A DNA stretch of 51,961 nt from Muribaculaceae bacterium (GTDB taxonomy: Bacteria; Bacteroidota; Bacteroidia; Bacteroidales; Muribaculaceae). The notes beneath the pieces were generated by a model, which did no database searches, had not been told where the DNA came from, and worked only from the letters and a program-made list of their open reading frames with translations. Made by a program: the position numbers and the translations under genes. Within the stretch, counting starts at the first letter, position 1, and each line of letters begins with the position of its first letter. Where the stretch lies: NCBI GenBank assembly GCA_036308365.1, contig JAXJVW010000113.1:1-51961 (forward strand), in the 5' to 3' direction. Positions 20,919-30,602 of this stretch are shown piece after piece.

Positions 20919-22141
20919 CTCAGAACCCCAAAAATATCGACATAAACCAATTTGACTATCCTCTGCCCGACGATCGCATTGCGGCTCATCCGCTGCAACA
21001 GCGCGACCGGTGCAAACTGCTGGTGCGACGTGGCGACGGCTCAATCAGTGAAACCATCTTCACCAGTCTGCCCGACCTGCTTCCCCGGGACTCAATGCTC
21101 ATCTACAACAACACCCGTGTCATAAACGCACGGCTCCGGTTCCATAAAGGCGAAAATGCATCGGGAGCACTCATCGAGGTGTTTTGCCTGGAGCCCCATC
21201 AGCCGGCCGACTATGCCGTCAGCTTCGCCTCAACACACTCATGCTCATGGACTTGCATTGTAGGCAACTCCAAACGTTGGAAACAAGAGCCGCTGAAAAT
21301 GCCGTTGACCATCGACGGTCATCAGGTTACCCTGCGGGCTGAACGCGAGGAGAATCTCGGTGGCACATCGCTGGTTAAATTCACCTGGGACGACCCCGCC
21401 GTGTCCTTTGCCGACATAATCAAAGAAGCCGGCGAAATCCCCATCCCACCCTACCTCAACCGTGGCACCGAAGAGTCTGACTCCACCGACTATCAGACGG
21501 TCTACTCCCACATTGACGGTTCAGTGGCCGCGCCGACCGCCGGACTGCATTTCACCGATACTCTGCTCGAAGAGATCTCACGCCGTGGCATACCCCGCCG
21601 CGAACTCACGTTGCATGTTGGCGCCGGCACTTTCAAACCGGTGAAATCCGACACCATCGGCGAGCATGAGATGCACTCGGAATTCATCGCCGTCAGCCGC
21701 GACCTTATCGCCGAACTGGCCCGGTCAACAAGGAAGGTGATAGCCGTGGGAACCACCTCGGTGCGAACCCTCGAATCGCTCTACCACATCGGCTGCCTAA
21801 TTTCAACAGGCGATTTCAACGGCACACTGCCCCAATGGTATCCCTACAGCGAGAGCCATCCGGCCCTCTCAGCTACAGAAGCGCTGACCCATCTGCTCAA
21901 CTATCTCGACAGCAACAACCTGCCGACGCTCATTGCCCAAACCCAGATTATCATCGCCCCTGGCTACACCTACAGGATAGTCAAGGGAATGGTGACCAAC
22001 TTCCATCAGCCGCGGTCAACACTTCTGCTCCTGGTTTCGGCCTTCGCAGGGGGCGACTGGCTACCCATATATGAGTATGCCCTGAAGCATGACTTCCGCT
22101 TCCTCAGTTATGGCGACGCCTGCCTGCTGCTCAATGAATGA
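20915..22141 (+). CDS. queA: S-adenosylmethionine:tRNA ribosyltransferase-isomerase QueA
   Basis: N-terminus [25 protein letters not shown]. Also [18 protein letters not shown] and [16 protein letters not shown] overlap with xpt. Confidence 0.95.
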   Translation: MTQNPKNIDINQFDYPLPDDRIAAHPLQQRDRCKLLVRRGDGSISETIFTSLPDLLPRDSMLIYNNTRVINARLRFHKGENASGALIEVFCLEPHQPADYAVSFASTHSCSWTCIVGNSKRWKQEPLKMPLTIDGHQVTLRAEREENLGGTSLVKFTWDDPAVSFADIIKEAGEIPIPPYLNRGTEESDSTDYQTVYSHIDGSVAAPTAGLHFTDTLLEEISRRGIPRRELTLHVGAGTFKPVKSDTIGEHEMHSEFIAVSRDLIAELARSTRKVIAVGTTSVRTLESLYHIGCLISTGDFNGTLPQWYPYSESHPALSATEALTHLLNYLDSNNLPTLIAQTQIIIAPGYTYRIVKGMVTNFHQPRSTLLLLVSAFAGGDWLPIYEYALKHDFRFLSYGDACLLLNE

Positions 22142-22210
22142 GTGAGGCGTGGGCCGTTGCCCTTGTTGAAATAACCATTTTTGAGTATTGACCCATTACT
22201 CAAATTTAAG

Positions 22211-22218
22211 TAATTTTG
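22211..22218 (+). promoter_or_regulatory. -7 promoter box (taattttg)
   Basis: Exact TAnnTTTG match 25 nt upstream of the ATG at 22244. Confidence 0.5.
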
Positions 22219-22243
22219 CATAAAAATTACCTGAACAAGAATT

Positions 22244-22885
22244 ATGGAGGACAAGAACAAGCTGTCATATGCCATCACCGACAGAATGCGCGACATCATC
22301 AGTGACAACCACCTGATACTGATGGTGATGACCCGCTTCGGAATATCTCTCGGCTTCGGCGATAAAACCGTCGAGGAAATATGCGCCGAAACAGACACCC
22401 ATCCCGACACGTTCATCACCGTGGCAAACTTCATTTCAGGAAGGCCATACTCAATTGACCGCGTCGACGTGTCGTCACTTATGGGTTACCTCAAACGGGC
22501 CCACACCTATTTTCTTGACTTCAACCTCCCGCACATACGCCGCAAACTGATAGAATCAATTGACTGCTCGGGTCGCGACCAAGTTGCGATGCTCATCCTC
22601 AAATTCTTCGACGAATATGTCACCGAGGTGCGCAACCACATGGAATATGAGAACTCAAACGTGTTCAGCTACGTGGAATCGCTGCTACAGGGTGAGAAAA
22701 ACCCGGAATACAACATACGCATATTCGCCGGTAAGCACCACCACATCGACACCAAGCTCAAAGAGCTAAAGGACATCATCATCCGATATTATCCCCAGCA
22801 ATCAAGCGACCGACTCAACTCAACTCTTTTCGACATCATAAATTGTGAACAAGATCTCAACTCACATTGCATGGTCGAGGACTAG
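22244..22885 (+). CDS. Hemerythrin/RIC-like (ScdA_N-like + di-iron four-helix) sensor domain protein, ending at an in-frame TAG
   Basis: The N-terminal segment FGISLGFGDKTVEEICAETDTHPDTFITVANF resembles ScdA_N. Repeated His/Glu helix motifs follow (RAHTYF, NHMEYENSNVF, KHHHIDTKLKELK, SHCMVED-stop). See the finding on the split gene. Confidence 0.7.
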   Translation: MEDKNKLSYAITDRMRDIISDNHLILMVMTRFGISLGFGDKTVEEICAETDTHPDTFITVANFISGRPYSIDRVDVSSLMGYLKRAHTYFLDFNLPHIRRKLIESIDCSGRDQVAMLILKFFDEYVTEVRNHMEYENSNVFSYVESLLQGEKNPEYNIRIFAGKHHHIDTKLKELKDIIIRYYPQQSSDRLNSTLFDIINCEQDLNSHCMVED

Positions 22886-22891
22886 ATATTC

Positions 22892-23197
22892 GTGCCGGTG
22901 GTGGAAAAAGTGGAACTGTTGGCCCGCACCGTCCTCCAATATCGGACGGAAGGAAAAGATCAAGGCGGCGTAAATGAAGGAGAAGCCCTGTCACCGCGTG
23001 AAAAAGAGATTGTGGTTTGCGTTGCGCGTGGCATGGCCAACAAAGAAATCGCCGACGAACTTTGCGTGTCGATAAACACTGTCACCACCCATCGGCGTAA
23101 CATCTCGGCCAAATTGGGCATCCACTCACCGGTGGGTCTGGCTATCTACGCCATTGTAAACAAACTGGTCGACCTCAACAACCTCAAACTGGAATAA
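22892..23197 (+). CDS. LuxR/GerE-type helix-turn-helix domain, same frame as the upstream ORF with a GTG start only
   Basis: LSPREKEIVVCVARGMANKEIADELCVSINTVTTHRRNISAKLGIH is a canonical GerE HTH. There is no in-frame ATG before the HTH and no promoter box of its own. It probably forms one gene with 22244-22885. Confidence 0.7.
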   Translation: MPVVEKVELLARTVLQYRTEGKDQGGVNEGEALSPREKEIVVCVARGMANKEIADELCVSINTVTTHRRNISAKLGIHSPVGLAIYAIVNKLVDLNNLKLE

Positions 23198-23273
23198 GAC
23201 GTGTTGGCGAACGCCGCATCATAGGCTTCCGTCACATGATTCCAACCCGGGCTGTTTCAATGTAAACTAACAT

Positions 23274-23310
23274 CGGGCCATGGAATTCAATCATCTGAAT
23301 CCATGGCCCG
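23274..23310. terminator. 11-bp perfect stem-loop between convergent genes (cgggccatgga / tccatggcccg)
   Basis: Inverted repeat 23274-23284 / 23300-23310, read directly. Its position between the LuxR-domain ORF (+) and the SPFH gene (-) suggests a bidirectional terminator. There is no clear U-tract. Confidence 0.5.
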
Positions 23311-23416
23311 AAAATTACTTATGTTGTGTCATTCAGCCACTTATGGGTAAATAGACGGGAAGTGAATCCACTCCAGATCTGTTGCCCTGCGTGGCGAAGA
23401 CAGTTCAATAGCAGGG

Positions 23417-24301
23417 TCACTTAGGCGTGGCGGCCGAAATGACGGGTTGGGCAGGTTCGTCGGCACAGAGCACCACTAACAGATTGCTCACCAGCGATGC
23501 CTTCCGGTCGTTATCAAGTTTCACAACACCCTCGTTTTCAAGTCCTTCCACAGCGAGTTTCACCATCGAAACCGCACCTTCCACTATTTTTTCACGTGCG
23601 GAAATTATAGCGGCGGCTTGCTGACGGCGGAGCATCACGGCGGCGATCTCTGGGGCGTAGGCCAGATAGTTTATGCGGGCCTCAACCACTTCTATACCGG
23701 CCATGTGGAGGCGCTCGTTGATTTTCTCAACAAGCATATGATTGATTTCAGCGCCACCGCCACGGAGGGTAATCTGGTCGGGGCTCTCATTATTGTCGTA
23801 GGCGAATCGTCCGGTCACCTCGCGCAGTGCGGCGTCGCTCTGTGTTCTGACAAAAGCCTCGAGAGTGATCGATGCGATGTCAAACATGGCCCGGTAGGTG
23901 TCCTTGACCATCCACACCAGCACCATACCAATCAGAACCGGGTTACCCATTTTGTCATTGACCTTTATAGGGGCGATGTCCATGTTGCTCAGGCGCACCG
24001 ATATTTTTTTGGTGGTCATCAGAGGATTTATCCAATAGAAACCGTCGCCACGGAATGTGCCGCGGTATTTTCCGAAGAACAGCAACGTTCTGACTTCATT
24101 GGGTTCCTGCACGAAATAACCTCCGACGGTGCAAATCAAATAGACCACGGAGATGACCACCGCCGGTATGACAGTGTTTTCCGACAATCCACCCAGCGTA
24201 ATGAACGCTAAAAATATAACTGCGATCAATATAAAGGAGGCTACCACCATCGTGAAACCGTTTATGACAAATCCGCCATAACTTCTCTCTTTATTTTCCA
24301 T
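23417..24301 (-). CDS. SPFH/Band 7 domain membrane protein
   Basis: Two N-terminal TM helices, then an SPFH-like core (TQSDAALREVTGRFAYD...) and an Ala-rich coiled region (AAVMLRRQQAAAIISAREKIVEGAV). Confidence 0.85.
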   Translation of the reverse strand: MENKERSYGGFVINGFTMVVASFILIAVIFLAFITLGGLSENTVIPAVVISVVYLICTVGGYFVQEPNEVRTLLFFGKYRGTFRGDGFYWINPLMTTKKISVRLSNMDIAPIKVNDKMGNPVLIGMVLVWMVKDTYRAMFDIASITLEAFVRTQSDAALREVTGRFAYDNNESPDQITLRGGGAEINHMLVEKINERLHMAGIEVVEARINYLAYAPEIAAVMLRRQQAAAIISAREKIVEGAVSMVKLAVEGLENEGVVKLDNDRKASLVSNLLVVLCADEPAQPVISAATPK

Positions 24302-24391
24302 AATAATATATTTTAATCCGTTTGATTATTAACTCTTGTTAAATTTAGCTTTATATTAACACCATATCAGCAAAGATAGTGTATTTTTTTG

Positions 24392-24399
24392 TAATTTTA
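24392..24399 (+). promoter_or_regulatory. Variant -7 box (taatttta), 6 nt before the ATG at 24406
   Basis: Matches 7 of the 8 positions of TAnnTTTG (the last G is replaced by A). Confidence 0.35.
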
Positions 24400-24405
24400 C
24401 AAATT

Positions 24406-24942
24406 ATGGAAAAGAAAACCATCTGGGATTTGCAACGTCCCTCAGTTGAAGAATACAAATCGCGGGAGAAACGACCCATTGCGGTTGTTCTTGACAACAT
24501 CAGGTCGCTGAACAATGTAGGATCGGTGTTCCGTAGCAGTGACGCCATGGGAGTGGCGAAGATATGCTTGTGTGGCATAACAGCCACCCCACCCTCACCG
24601 GAGATTCATAAAACGGCTCTCGGCGCCGAGGATAGTGTGGAATGGAAATACTATCCTACCACGCTCGAAGCCTTCGATGAGTTGCGTAGCGAAGGCTACG
24701 TCATATGCACCCTGGAGCAGGTCAAACAAAGCACCCCGCTTCACAAGTTCAAGGCGGTGCCCGGCAAGCGTTACGCCATAGTGGTTGGACACGAAGTCAA
24801 CGGTGTCGATCCTGAGGTAGTCAACAACAGCGACGTGTGGCTCGAGATTCCGCAGGAGGGCACGAAACATTCGCTCAATGTTTCGGTCAGCCTGGGAATG
24901 GCCCTTTGGCAAGTGTACTCATCAATTTTGAATCAAGACTGA
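24406..24942 (+). CDS. TrmH/SpoU-family RNA 2'-O-methyltransferase
   Basis: SpoU motifs: VLDNIRSLNNVGSVFRSSDAMG, IVVGHEVNGV, IPQEGTKHSLNVSVSLGMALW. The ATG at 24406 (MEKKTIW) is preferred over the listed upstream start. Confidence 0.88.
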   Translation: MEKKTIWDLQRPSVEEYKSREKRPIAVVLDNIRSLNNVGSVFRSSDAMGVAKICLCGITATPPSPEIHKTALGAEDSVEWKYYPTTLEAFDELRSEGYVICTLEQVKQSTPLHKFKAVPGKRYAIVVGHEVNGVDPEVVNNSDVWLEIPQEGTKHSLNVSVSLGMALWQVYSSILNQD

Positions 24943-24997
24943 TCAATACTGTTCAACTCCTGACAGACTTGAATCAAGAGTGATCGTTCAACTCCTG
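24928..24997. repeat. Imperfect tandem duplication spanning the trmH-family stop codon
   Basis: ttgaatcaagactgatc...gttcaactcctg (24928-24962) recurs as ttgaatcaagagtgatc-gttcaactcctg (24969-24997). Confidence 0.8.
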
Positions 24998-25025
24998 GCC
25001 GGCAACGATGCCAGCAGTCAGCATA

Positions 25026-25057
25026 AACGCCGTGATCCGATGAGGAATCACGGCGTT
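25026..25057. terminator. 11-bp stem-loop (aacgccgtgat / atcacggcgtt) between convergent genes
   Basis: Perfect inverted repeat 25026-25036 / 25047-25057, followed by gtttca on the + strand. Confidence 0.55.
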
Positions 25058-25104
25058 GTTTCATATATCGCAGTGGAGCATCAACAACCGTCGCAGCGGG
25101 GAGC

Positions 25105-26199
25105 TCACCGCAGCGAGTCTGTGACTACCGCTGCCTTGCGGTTGACCTTGATGTTATGCTTGTTGAGAATTGATTCAGCCTGTTTCTCGAAAGCGTTGCA
25201 TATTGATTTCCACTGAGGTCGGCATTGTTCAACGGGAACCACTTTATATTCTCTGACACCGTTGAGCGGTTGCTGACAGAACACCAGTGAATAGTCGGCG
25301 CATTTCAATGTGACCCGTCCGAGGAAGTCACGCTCGAGCGTCACCTCAACCATTGCCCCACCTTTAGTGTCGCGTTTCTGTTGGTTCGAGATGAAGTTGC
25401 CGAGTGAATAGACAATGAGGCAATCCTTGTTCCATTTGTCGTTGTGGCTAAGCTCCATCGGCTGTATCACATGGGGGTGTCCACCGATGATGAGATCTAC
25501 TCCCTGGTCACACAGAAACTGGGCTATGCTTTTCTGCTCGGCATTAGGGAGCATGACATATTCCACCCCCCAATGGATCACCACCGTGATTATGTCGGCT
25601 CCGGCCTCACGGAGTGCCGCAATATCCTTGGCCATAACCTCACGGTCAATGTAGTCCACAACCACGTTTTTTTGCACCGGAATGCCGTTGGTGCCGTAAG
25701 TGTAGTTGAGAAACCCTACCTTCGCCCCGTTGATGTTTTTTACATAAGGGAGCTTATCCTTCCGGTCGGCAGCGTCGACATATGTTCCGAGATGGTCCAG
25801 CCCGAGAGTGTCGAGAACGGCTATGGTTCTCTTCAACCCCTTGTCGCGACGGTCAAGGGTGTGGTTGTTTGCGGTGACACACATGTCGAAGCCGGCATTT
25901 TTCAGTGCCTCGGCATAAGAGTCAGGCGCACAGAAACAGGGATAACCGCTATAAGGCTCACCGGCCAGAGGTGTCTCCAGATTGACCACGGCATAGTCGG
26001 CCGATGACACATAGGGGGCAACCTGGGCGAAACAGCTGTTGAAGTCATAGCTTCCGTCGGGCTGACGCGCCGCCGTGCACTGTGGCTTATGCTGCATGGC
26101 GTCACCGGCGAACAGAAGTTTCACCTCCTTCGGCAACAGGGCTTCAACAAGCGGAGTGCCCAGCAGCGACACCACCAATAGTGAGATTGCTGTTATCAC
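25105..26199 (-). CDS. CapA-family metallophosphatase-like protein
   Basis: Signal/TM N-terminus. CapA-type motifs include LLFAGDAMQH, NLETPL, ANNHTLD, HWGVEY, GGHPHV and SLGNFISNQ. The only available start is GTG, 10 nt after the folD stop. Confidence 0.85.
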   Translation of the reverse strand: MITAISLLVVSLLGTPLVEALLPKEVKLLFAGDAMQHKPQCTAARQPDGSYDFNSCFAQVAPYVSSADYAVVNLETPLAGEPYSGYPCFCAPDSYAEALKNAGFDMCVTANNHTLDRRDKGLKRTIAVLDTLGLDHLGTYVDAADRKDKLPYVKNINGAKVGFLNYTYGTNGIPVQKNVVVDYIDREVMAKDIAALREAGADIITVVIHWGVEYVMLPNAEQKSIAQFLCDQGVDLIIGGHPHVIQPMELSHNDKWNKDCLIVYSLGNFISNQQKRDTKGGAMVEVTLERDFLGRVTLKCADYSLVFCQQPLNGVREYKVVPVEQCRPQWKSICNAFEKQAESILNKHNIKVNRKAAVVTDSLR

Positions 26200-26208
26200 T
26201 GTCGACGA

Positions 26209-27090
26209 TTATTTATAGATTTCACCTGATGCGGCAAGCAGTGTGTTCTTCATCAGCGAGGTGATGGTCATGGGACCTACGCCTCCGGGAACAGGTGTGA
26301 TGAAACTGCACAGAGGTGCCACATTTTCGAAATCGACATCGCCGGCCAGACGGAAACCTGATTTTTTCGTTGCGTCTGGAACTCTTGTTGTGCCGACATC
26401 AATGATCACGGCACCCGGTTTGACCATGTCGGCAGTCACGAATCCGGGCTGACCCAACGCGGCTATGATTATGTCGGCCTTGCGGCAGATCTCCTTGATG
26501 TCGCGAGTGGCGCTGTGACACACCGTGACGGTGGCGTTTCCGGGATAACCCTTCTGCATCAGCAGCGTGGCGACAGGTTTGCCTACGATGTTGCTACGTC
26601 CGAGCACCACCACATCGGCACCAGAAGTAGGTATTTCGTAACGTTCCAAAAGCATCATTATGCCAGCCGGAGTGGCCGACTTGAAACAAGGCAGGCCGAT
26701 TGACATGCGTCCCACGTTGATAGGATGGAATCCGTCAACATCTTTTTTCACGTCGATAGCCTCGATCACCTTTTGCTCCGAGATATGTTTGGGCAACGGG
26801 AGCTGCACAATGAAACCGTCAACCTCAGGATCGTTGTTCAGATTACTGATGGCATCGAGCAGTTCATTTTCAGTCACGTCACTTTCAAAGCGGATCAGGC
26901 GGGAGTTGAAACCGCACTGCTCGCAAGCTTTAATTTTGTGGGCCACATAAGTTTCGCTTCCGCCGTCGTGACCAACGAGGATGGCAGCCAGGGTGGGACG
27001 TTTGCCCCCGTTTTCGATTATCGACCGCACTTCCCGCGCTATTTCATTTTTGATTTCTTCGGATATTTTCTTTCCGTCAATTAACTGCAT
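26209..27090 (-). CDS. folD: Bifunctional methylenetetrahydrofolate dehydrogenase/cyclohydrolase FolD
   Basis: [18 protein letters not shown]..., [46 protein letters not shown]. Confidence 0.96.
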   Translation of the reverse strand: MQLIDGKKISEEIKNEIAREVRSIIENGGKRPTLAAILVGHDGGSETYVAHKIKACEQCGFNSRLIRFESDVTENELLDAISNLNNDPEVDGFIVQLPLPKHISEQKVIEAIDVKKDVDGFHPINVGRMSIGLPCFKSATPAGIMMLLERYEIPTSGADVVVLGRSNIVGKPVATLLMQKGYPGNATVTVCHSATRDIKEICRKADIIIAALGQPGFVTADMVKPGAVIIDVGTTRVPDATKKSGFRLAGDVDFENVAPLCSFITPVPGGVGPMTITSLMKNTLLAASGEIYK

Positions 27091-27153
27091 GGTGAACGTT
27101 TTGGTTGTTGTTAAAGATGTGAAGTCACTTTGACTTCCGTGAAATATAAAAAA

Positions 27154-27183
27154 GAGCCGTCACCTTGCGATTGGCGACGACTC
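27154..27183 (-). terminator. Intrinsic terminator after ffh (minus strand)
   Basis: On the minus strand, gagtcgtcgcc / ggtgacggctc forms an 11-bp stem with two G-U pairs, followed by tttttt. Confidence 0.65.
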
Positions 27184-27198
27184 TGATTTTTCATAAGT

Positions 27199-28533
27199 TT
27201 ATCTGCGACCTTTCATCTGTCGCATCATCTTCATTGGGTTACCCTTCATTTGAGTGGCGGCCTTGAGCATTTTGCGCGTCTGCTCGAACTGCGTCAACAA
27301 GCGGTTGACATCCTGTACGGTCGTTCCGGAGCCTTTCGCGATGCGCTGGCGGCGCGAGTTGTTGATGATGGCCGGATTAGAACGTTCAAGCGGGGTCATG
27401 GAGTAGATGATAGCCTCGATTCCTTTGAAAGCGTTGTCGTCGATATCGATATCCTTGATCATCTTGCCCACACCCGGAATCATTGAGGCGAGTTCCTTGA
27501 TGTTACCCATCTTCTTTATCTGATGGATTTGATTGAGGAAGTCGTTGAAATCGAACTTGTTTTTCGCTATTCGGCTCTGCACCTGTTTGGCGTCGTCCTC
27601 GGAGATGATGCTCTGGGCGCGTTCAACCAACGACATGATGTCGCCCTGGCCGAGGATACGGGTGGCCATACGGTCGGGGTGGAAATAGTCGATAGCATCG
27701 AGTTTCTCACCCGTACCGATGAATTTGATAGGTTTGTTAACGACAGTTCGGATTGAGAGCGCGGCACCACCACGGGTGTCACCATCGAGTTTGGTGAGCA
27801 CAACGCCGTCGAAATCCAACCGGTCATTGAAGGTCTTGGCGGTGTTCACCGCATCCTGACCGGTCATGGAGTCAACCACGAAGAGAATTTCCTGGGGGTT
27901 TACTGCCTTTTTGATGTTTTCTATCTCATTCATCATCTGCTCATCGACAGCCAGACGTCCGGCGGTGTCGATGATAACCAGGTCGTTGTAATGGGCTTTG
28001 GCGTGGGCGATGGCGTTTTTGGCTATCTCAACAGGATTATTGTTTCCTTCCTCCGTGTACACGGGCACCTCGATCTGCTCGGCAAGCACCTTGAGCTGCT
28101 CGATGGCAGCGGGGCGATAAACGTCACACGCCACGAGCAACGGACGTTTCCCCTTCTCGCTTTTGAGTTTGCGGGCGAGTTTACCTGAGAGGGTGGTTTT
28201 ACCTGAACCCTGCAGACCCGACATGAGAATCACCGTGGGGTTACCCGACAGATTCACGGGCACCTGTTCGCCACCCATGAGCGAGGTCAATTCATCGTGC
28301 ACGATCTTGAGCATCAGCTCTTTCGGCTTTAGCGCTGTGAGCACGTTCTGGCCCAACGCTTTCTGCTTGACGGTGTCGGTGAATTGTTTAGCCACTTTGT
28401 AGTTCACGTCGGCATCGATCAAAGCCCGTCGCACCTCCTTCAGAGTGTCCGCTACATTGATTTCCGTTATTTTGCCTTCACCTTTGAGGATTTGAAGACA
28501 TTTTTCAAGTTTATCGCTAAGATTTTCAAACAT
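27199..28533 (-). CDS. ffh: Signal recognition particle protein Ffh
   Basis: NG domain GLQGSGKTT, DTAGR and TKLDGD. The Met-rich M domain has a basic tail (MKGNPMKMMRQMKGRR). Confidence 0.97.
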   Translation of the reverse strand: MFENLSDKLEKCLQILKGEGKITEINVADTLKEVRRALIDADVNYKVAKQFTDTVKQKALGQNVLTALKPKELMLKIVHDELTSLMGGEQVPVNLSGNPTVILMSGLQGSGKTTLSGKLARKLKSEKGKRPLLVACDVYRPAAIEQLKVLAEQIEVPVYTEEGNNNPVEIAKNAIAHAKAHYNDLVIIDTAGRLAVDEQMMNEIENIKKAVNPQEILFVVDSMTGQDAVNTAKTFNDRLDFDGVVLTKLDGDTRGGAALSIRTVVNKPIKFIGTGEKLDAIDYFHPDRMATRILGQGDIMSLVERAQSIISEDDAKQVQSRIAKNKFDFNDFLNQIHQIKKMGNIKELASMIPGVGKMIKDIDIDDNAFKGIEAIIYSMTPLERSNPAIINNSRRQRIAKGSGTTVQDVNRLLTQFEQTRKMLKAATQMKGNPMKMMRQMKGRR

Positions 28534-28572
28534 AATCCAGTTGATAGTTATGGCCGGGAGTTGTCACACTCT

Positions 28573-28923
28573 CTATGTCAGCCGGTTAGTTGTTGTGTCG
28601 GGGAAAATGACTTTAGGTTGGAAAGCGGCGGCTTCATCCGGGGTCATCTGTGCATAGCTCATGATAATGACAATGTCACCGGGCTGCACCTTGCGAGCGG
28701 CGGCACCGTTGAGGCATATCACTCCTGAGCCACGTTCTCCTTTAATTACATATGTGTCCAATCGTTCGCCATTGTTGTTGTTAACGATGTAGACCCTTTC
28801 ACCGGGAATGATTCCGGCAGCTTCTATGAGCGCCTCGTCGATGGTGATGCTGCCTATGTAGTCGAGGCGAGCTTCGGTCACCGTCACCCGGTGTATTTTT
28901 GATTTCAGTACTTCTATGGTCAT
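28573..28923 (-). CDS. panD: Aspartate 1-decarboxylase PanD
   Basis: [29 protein letters not shown], with the Gly-Ser self-cleavage site; 116 aa. Confidence 0.96.
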   Translation of the reverse strand: MTIEVLKSKIHRVTVTEARLDYIGSITIDEALIEAAGIIPGERVYIVNNNNGERLDTYVIKGERGSGVICLNGAAARKVQPGDIVIIMSYAQMTPDEAAAFQPKVIFPDTTTNRLT

Positions 28924-28927
28924 TGTT

Positions 28928-29773
28928 TTAGTACTTTATATTATCTATTAGACGCACGTCACCGCAATAAACGGTAACACACCCCACGGGAGCGCCATTG
29001 ACCGCTTCGTTCCAGTCGGCTATCGGCTGCATGGTCAGGGGGTCGACAATCTCATAGTATTCGACCTCCATTTCATCAACCTTGTTGATTGAATCGATCA
29101 CAAATTGCTTCACCTGTGCAACACTGCTGTCACCCTTCATCGGCACACTATGTTTGAGCACTCGGTGAATTTCCGGAGCCACGGCACGTTGAGCCGGAGT
29201 CAGACGCACGTTTCGGCTGCTCATGGCCAGTCCGTCATCCTCACGCTTGATGGGACAATCGATTATTTCGATGTCAAATCCGCATATCTGCGCCATTTTT
29301 CTGATGACGGCGATCTGCTGGAAATCTTTCTCCCCGAAGTAGGCGCGATGAGGAAGCACCATGTCAAAAAGCTTGCTCACAATCTGGGCAACGCCGTTGA
29401 AATGGCCGGGACGCATGGCTCCCTCCATCACTTCGGCCACCGGGCCTAAATCGAACTGGCGGGTGTCAGGTTCGGGATACACCTCATTGACCGACGGGAT
29501 AAACGCATAGTCAACCCCGGCTTTCTCGAGCAGGGCACAGTCGGCCTCCTCGGTGCGGGGATATGTCCGCAGGTCCTCGGGATTGTTAAACTGTGTGGGG
29601 TTCACGAAAACGCTCACAACCACAACATCGTTATCCTCGCGGGCACGGTCCACCAGCGAGATATGTCCCTGATGAAGCGCTCCCATAGTGGGTACGAGCC
29701 CCACTGATTTATTCTGAGCTTTCGCTTCAGCAATTTTCTGTTTCAGTTCCTTGATAGTTCTTACTACTTCCAT
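28928..29773 (-). CDS. panC: Pantoate--beta-alanine ligase PanC
   Basis: [25 protein letters not shown] and FGEKDFQQ motifs. It lies 4 nt upstream of panD. Confidence 0.96.
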   Translation of the reverse strand: MEVVRTIKELKQKIAEAKAQNKSVGLVPTMGALHQGHISLVDRAREDNDVVVVSVFVNPTQFNNPEDLRTYPRTEEADCALLEKAGVDYAFIPSVNEVYPEPDTRQFDLGPVAEVMEGAMRPGHFNGVAQIVSKLFDMVLPHRAYFGEKDFQQIAVIRKMAQICGFDIEIIDCPIKREDDGLAMSSRNVRLTPAQRAVAPEIHRVLKHSVPMKGDSSVAQVKQFVIDSINKVDEMEVEYYEIVDPLTMQPIADWNEAVNGAPVGCVTVYCGDVRLIDNIKY

Positions 29774-29964
29774 TGTTTTCCAATAGATAAAACTTCAAAT
29801 CAGGCCTTCAGCCCTCATATCCTTTTTTAATTAAGGCGTGACGATTACTGACACACCCGTAAAACCGGATGCAAAGGTATAAAATCTTTGACAATTATCC
29901 ATAATTAAGAGTAATCTTTTGTTAATTTTTTTGGTCCGTGAGTCCAATGACAGTTATTTTTTCG

Positions 29965-29972
29965 TAACTTTG
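29965..29972 (+). promoter_or_regulatory. -7 promoter box (taactttg), 6 nt before the recR ATG
   Basis: Exact TAnnTTTG match. Confidence 0.5.
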
Positions 29973-29978
29973 CAGAAT

Positions 29979-30602
29979 ATGGAACAAGAATTCGCATCAC
30001 GATTGCTGGAGGATGCCGTGACGGAACTGTCGCGATTGCCGGGCATAGGGCGTAAAACAGCCCTGAGGCTGGCGTTGCACCTGCTGCGTCAGGACAAACA
30101 GGTGTCAGACTCGCTTGGCAACTCAATCATGAAACTGCGCCATGGGGTGGTGTATTGCAGCAAATGCCACAACATCTCGGAAAGTGAGATCTGCTCCATT
30201 TGCGGAAACCCCGCCCGCGACTCTTCCACGGTTTGCGTCGTTGAAAGTGTCAAGGATGTGATGAGCTTCGAGAACACCGGCAGCTACAAGGGGGTGTATC
30301 ACGTGTTGGGAGGGGTGATCTCACCCATGGATGGTGTAGGTCCTGAAAAACTTGAGATAGCCTCGCTGATCGACCGCATCGACAAGGAAAACATCAAAGA
30401 GGTGATTCTGGCTCTGAGCGCCACCATGGAGGGCGACACCACCAACTTCTACATCTTCCGACGCCTGGCAGGCAAAAACGTGAAAGTCACACAGATAGCG
30501 CGTGGAGTATCGGTAGGCAACGAAATCGAATACACCGACGAGGTCACCCTGGGCCGCTCACTGATAAACCGCACACCTTTTTCCGACCAGTTCACACAAT
30601 GA
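29979..30602 (+). CDS. recR: Recombination protein RecR
   Basis: [17 protein letters not shown] (HhH), [16 protein letters not shown] zinc finger, and a Toprim region ([10 protein letters not shown]). Start at MEQEF (29979). Confidence 0.95.
   Translation: MEQEFASRLLEDAVTELSRLPGIGRKTALRLALHLLRQDKQVSDSLGNSIMKLRHGVVYCSKCHNISESEICSICGNPARDSSTVCVVESVKDVMSFENTGSYKGVYHVLGGVISPMDGVGPEKLEIASLIDRIDKENIKEVILALSATMEGDTTNFYIFRRLAGKNVKVTQIARGVSVGNEIEYTDEVTLGRSLINRTPFSDQFTQ

Noticed and set aside
25105-26199. CapA as evidence for a poly-gamma-glutamate capsule locus
   Set aside because: No capB/capC (pgsB/pgsC) homologues are adjacent. Lone CapA-family metallophosphatase-like proteins are common and are not diagnostic of PGA synthesis.
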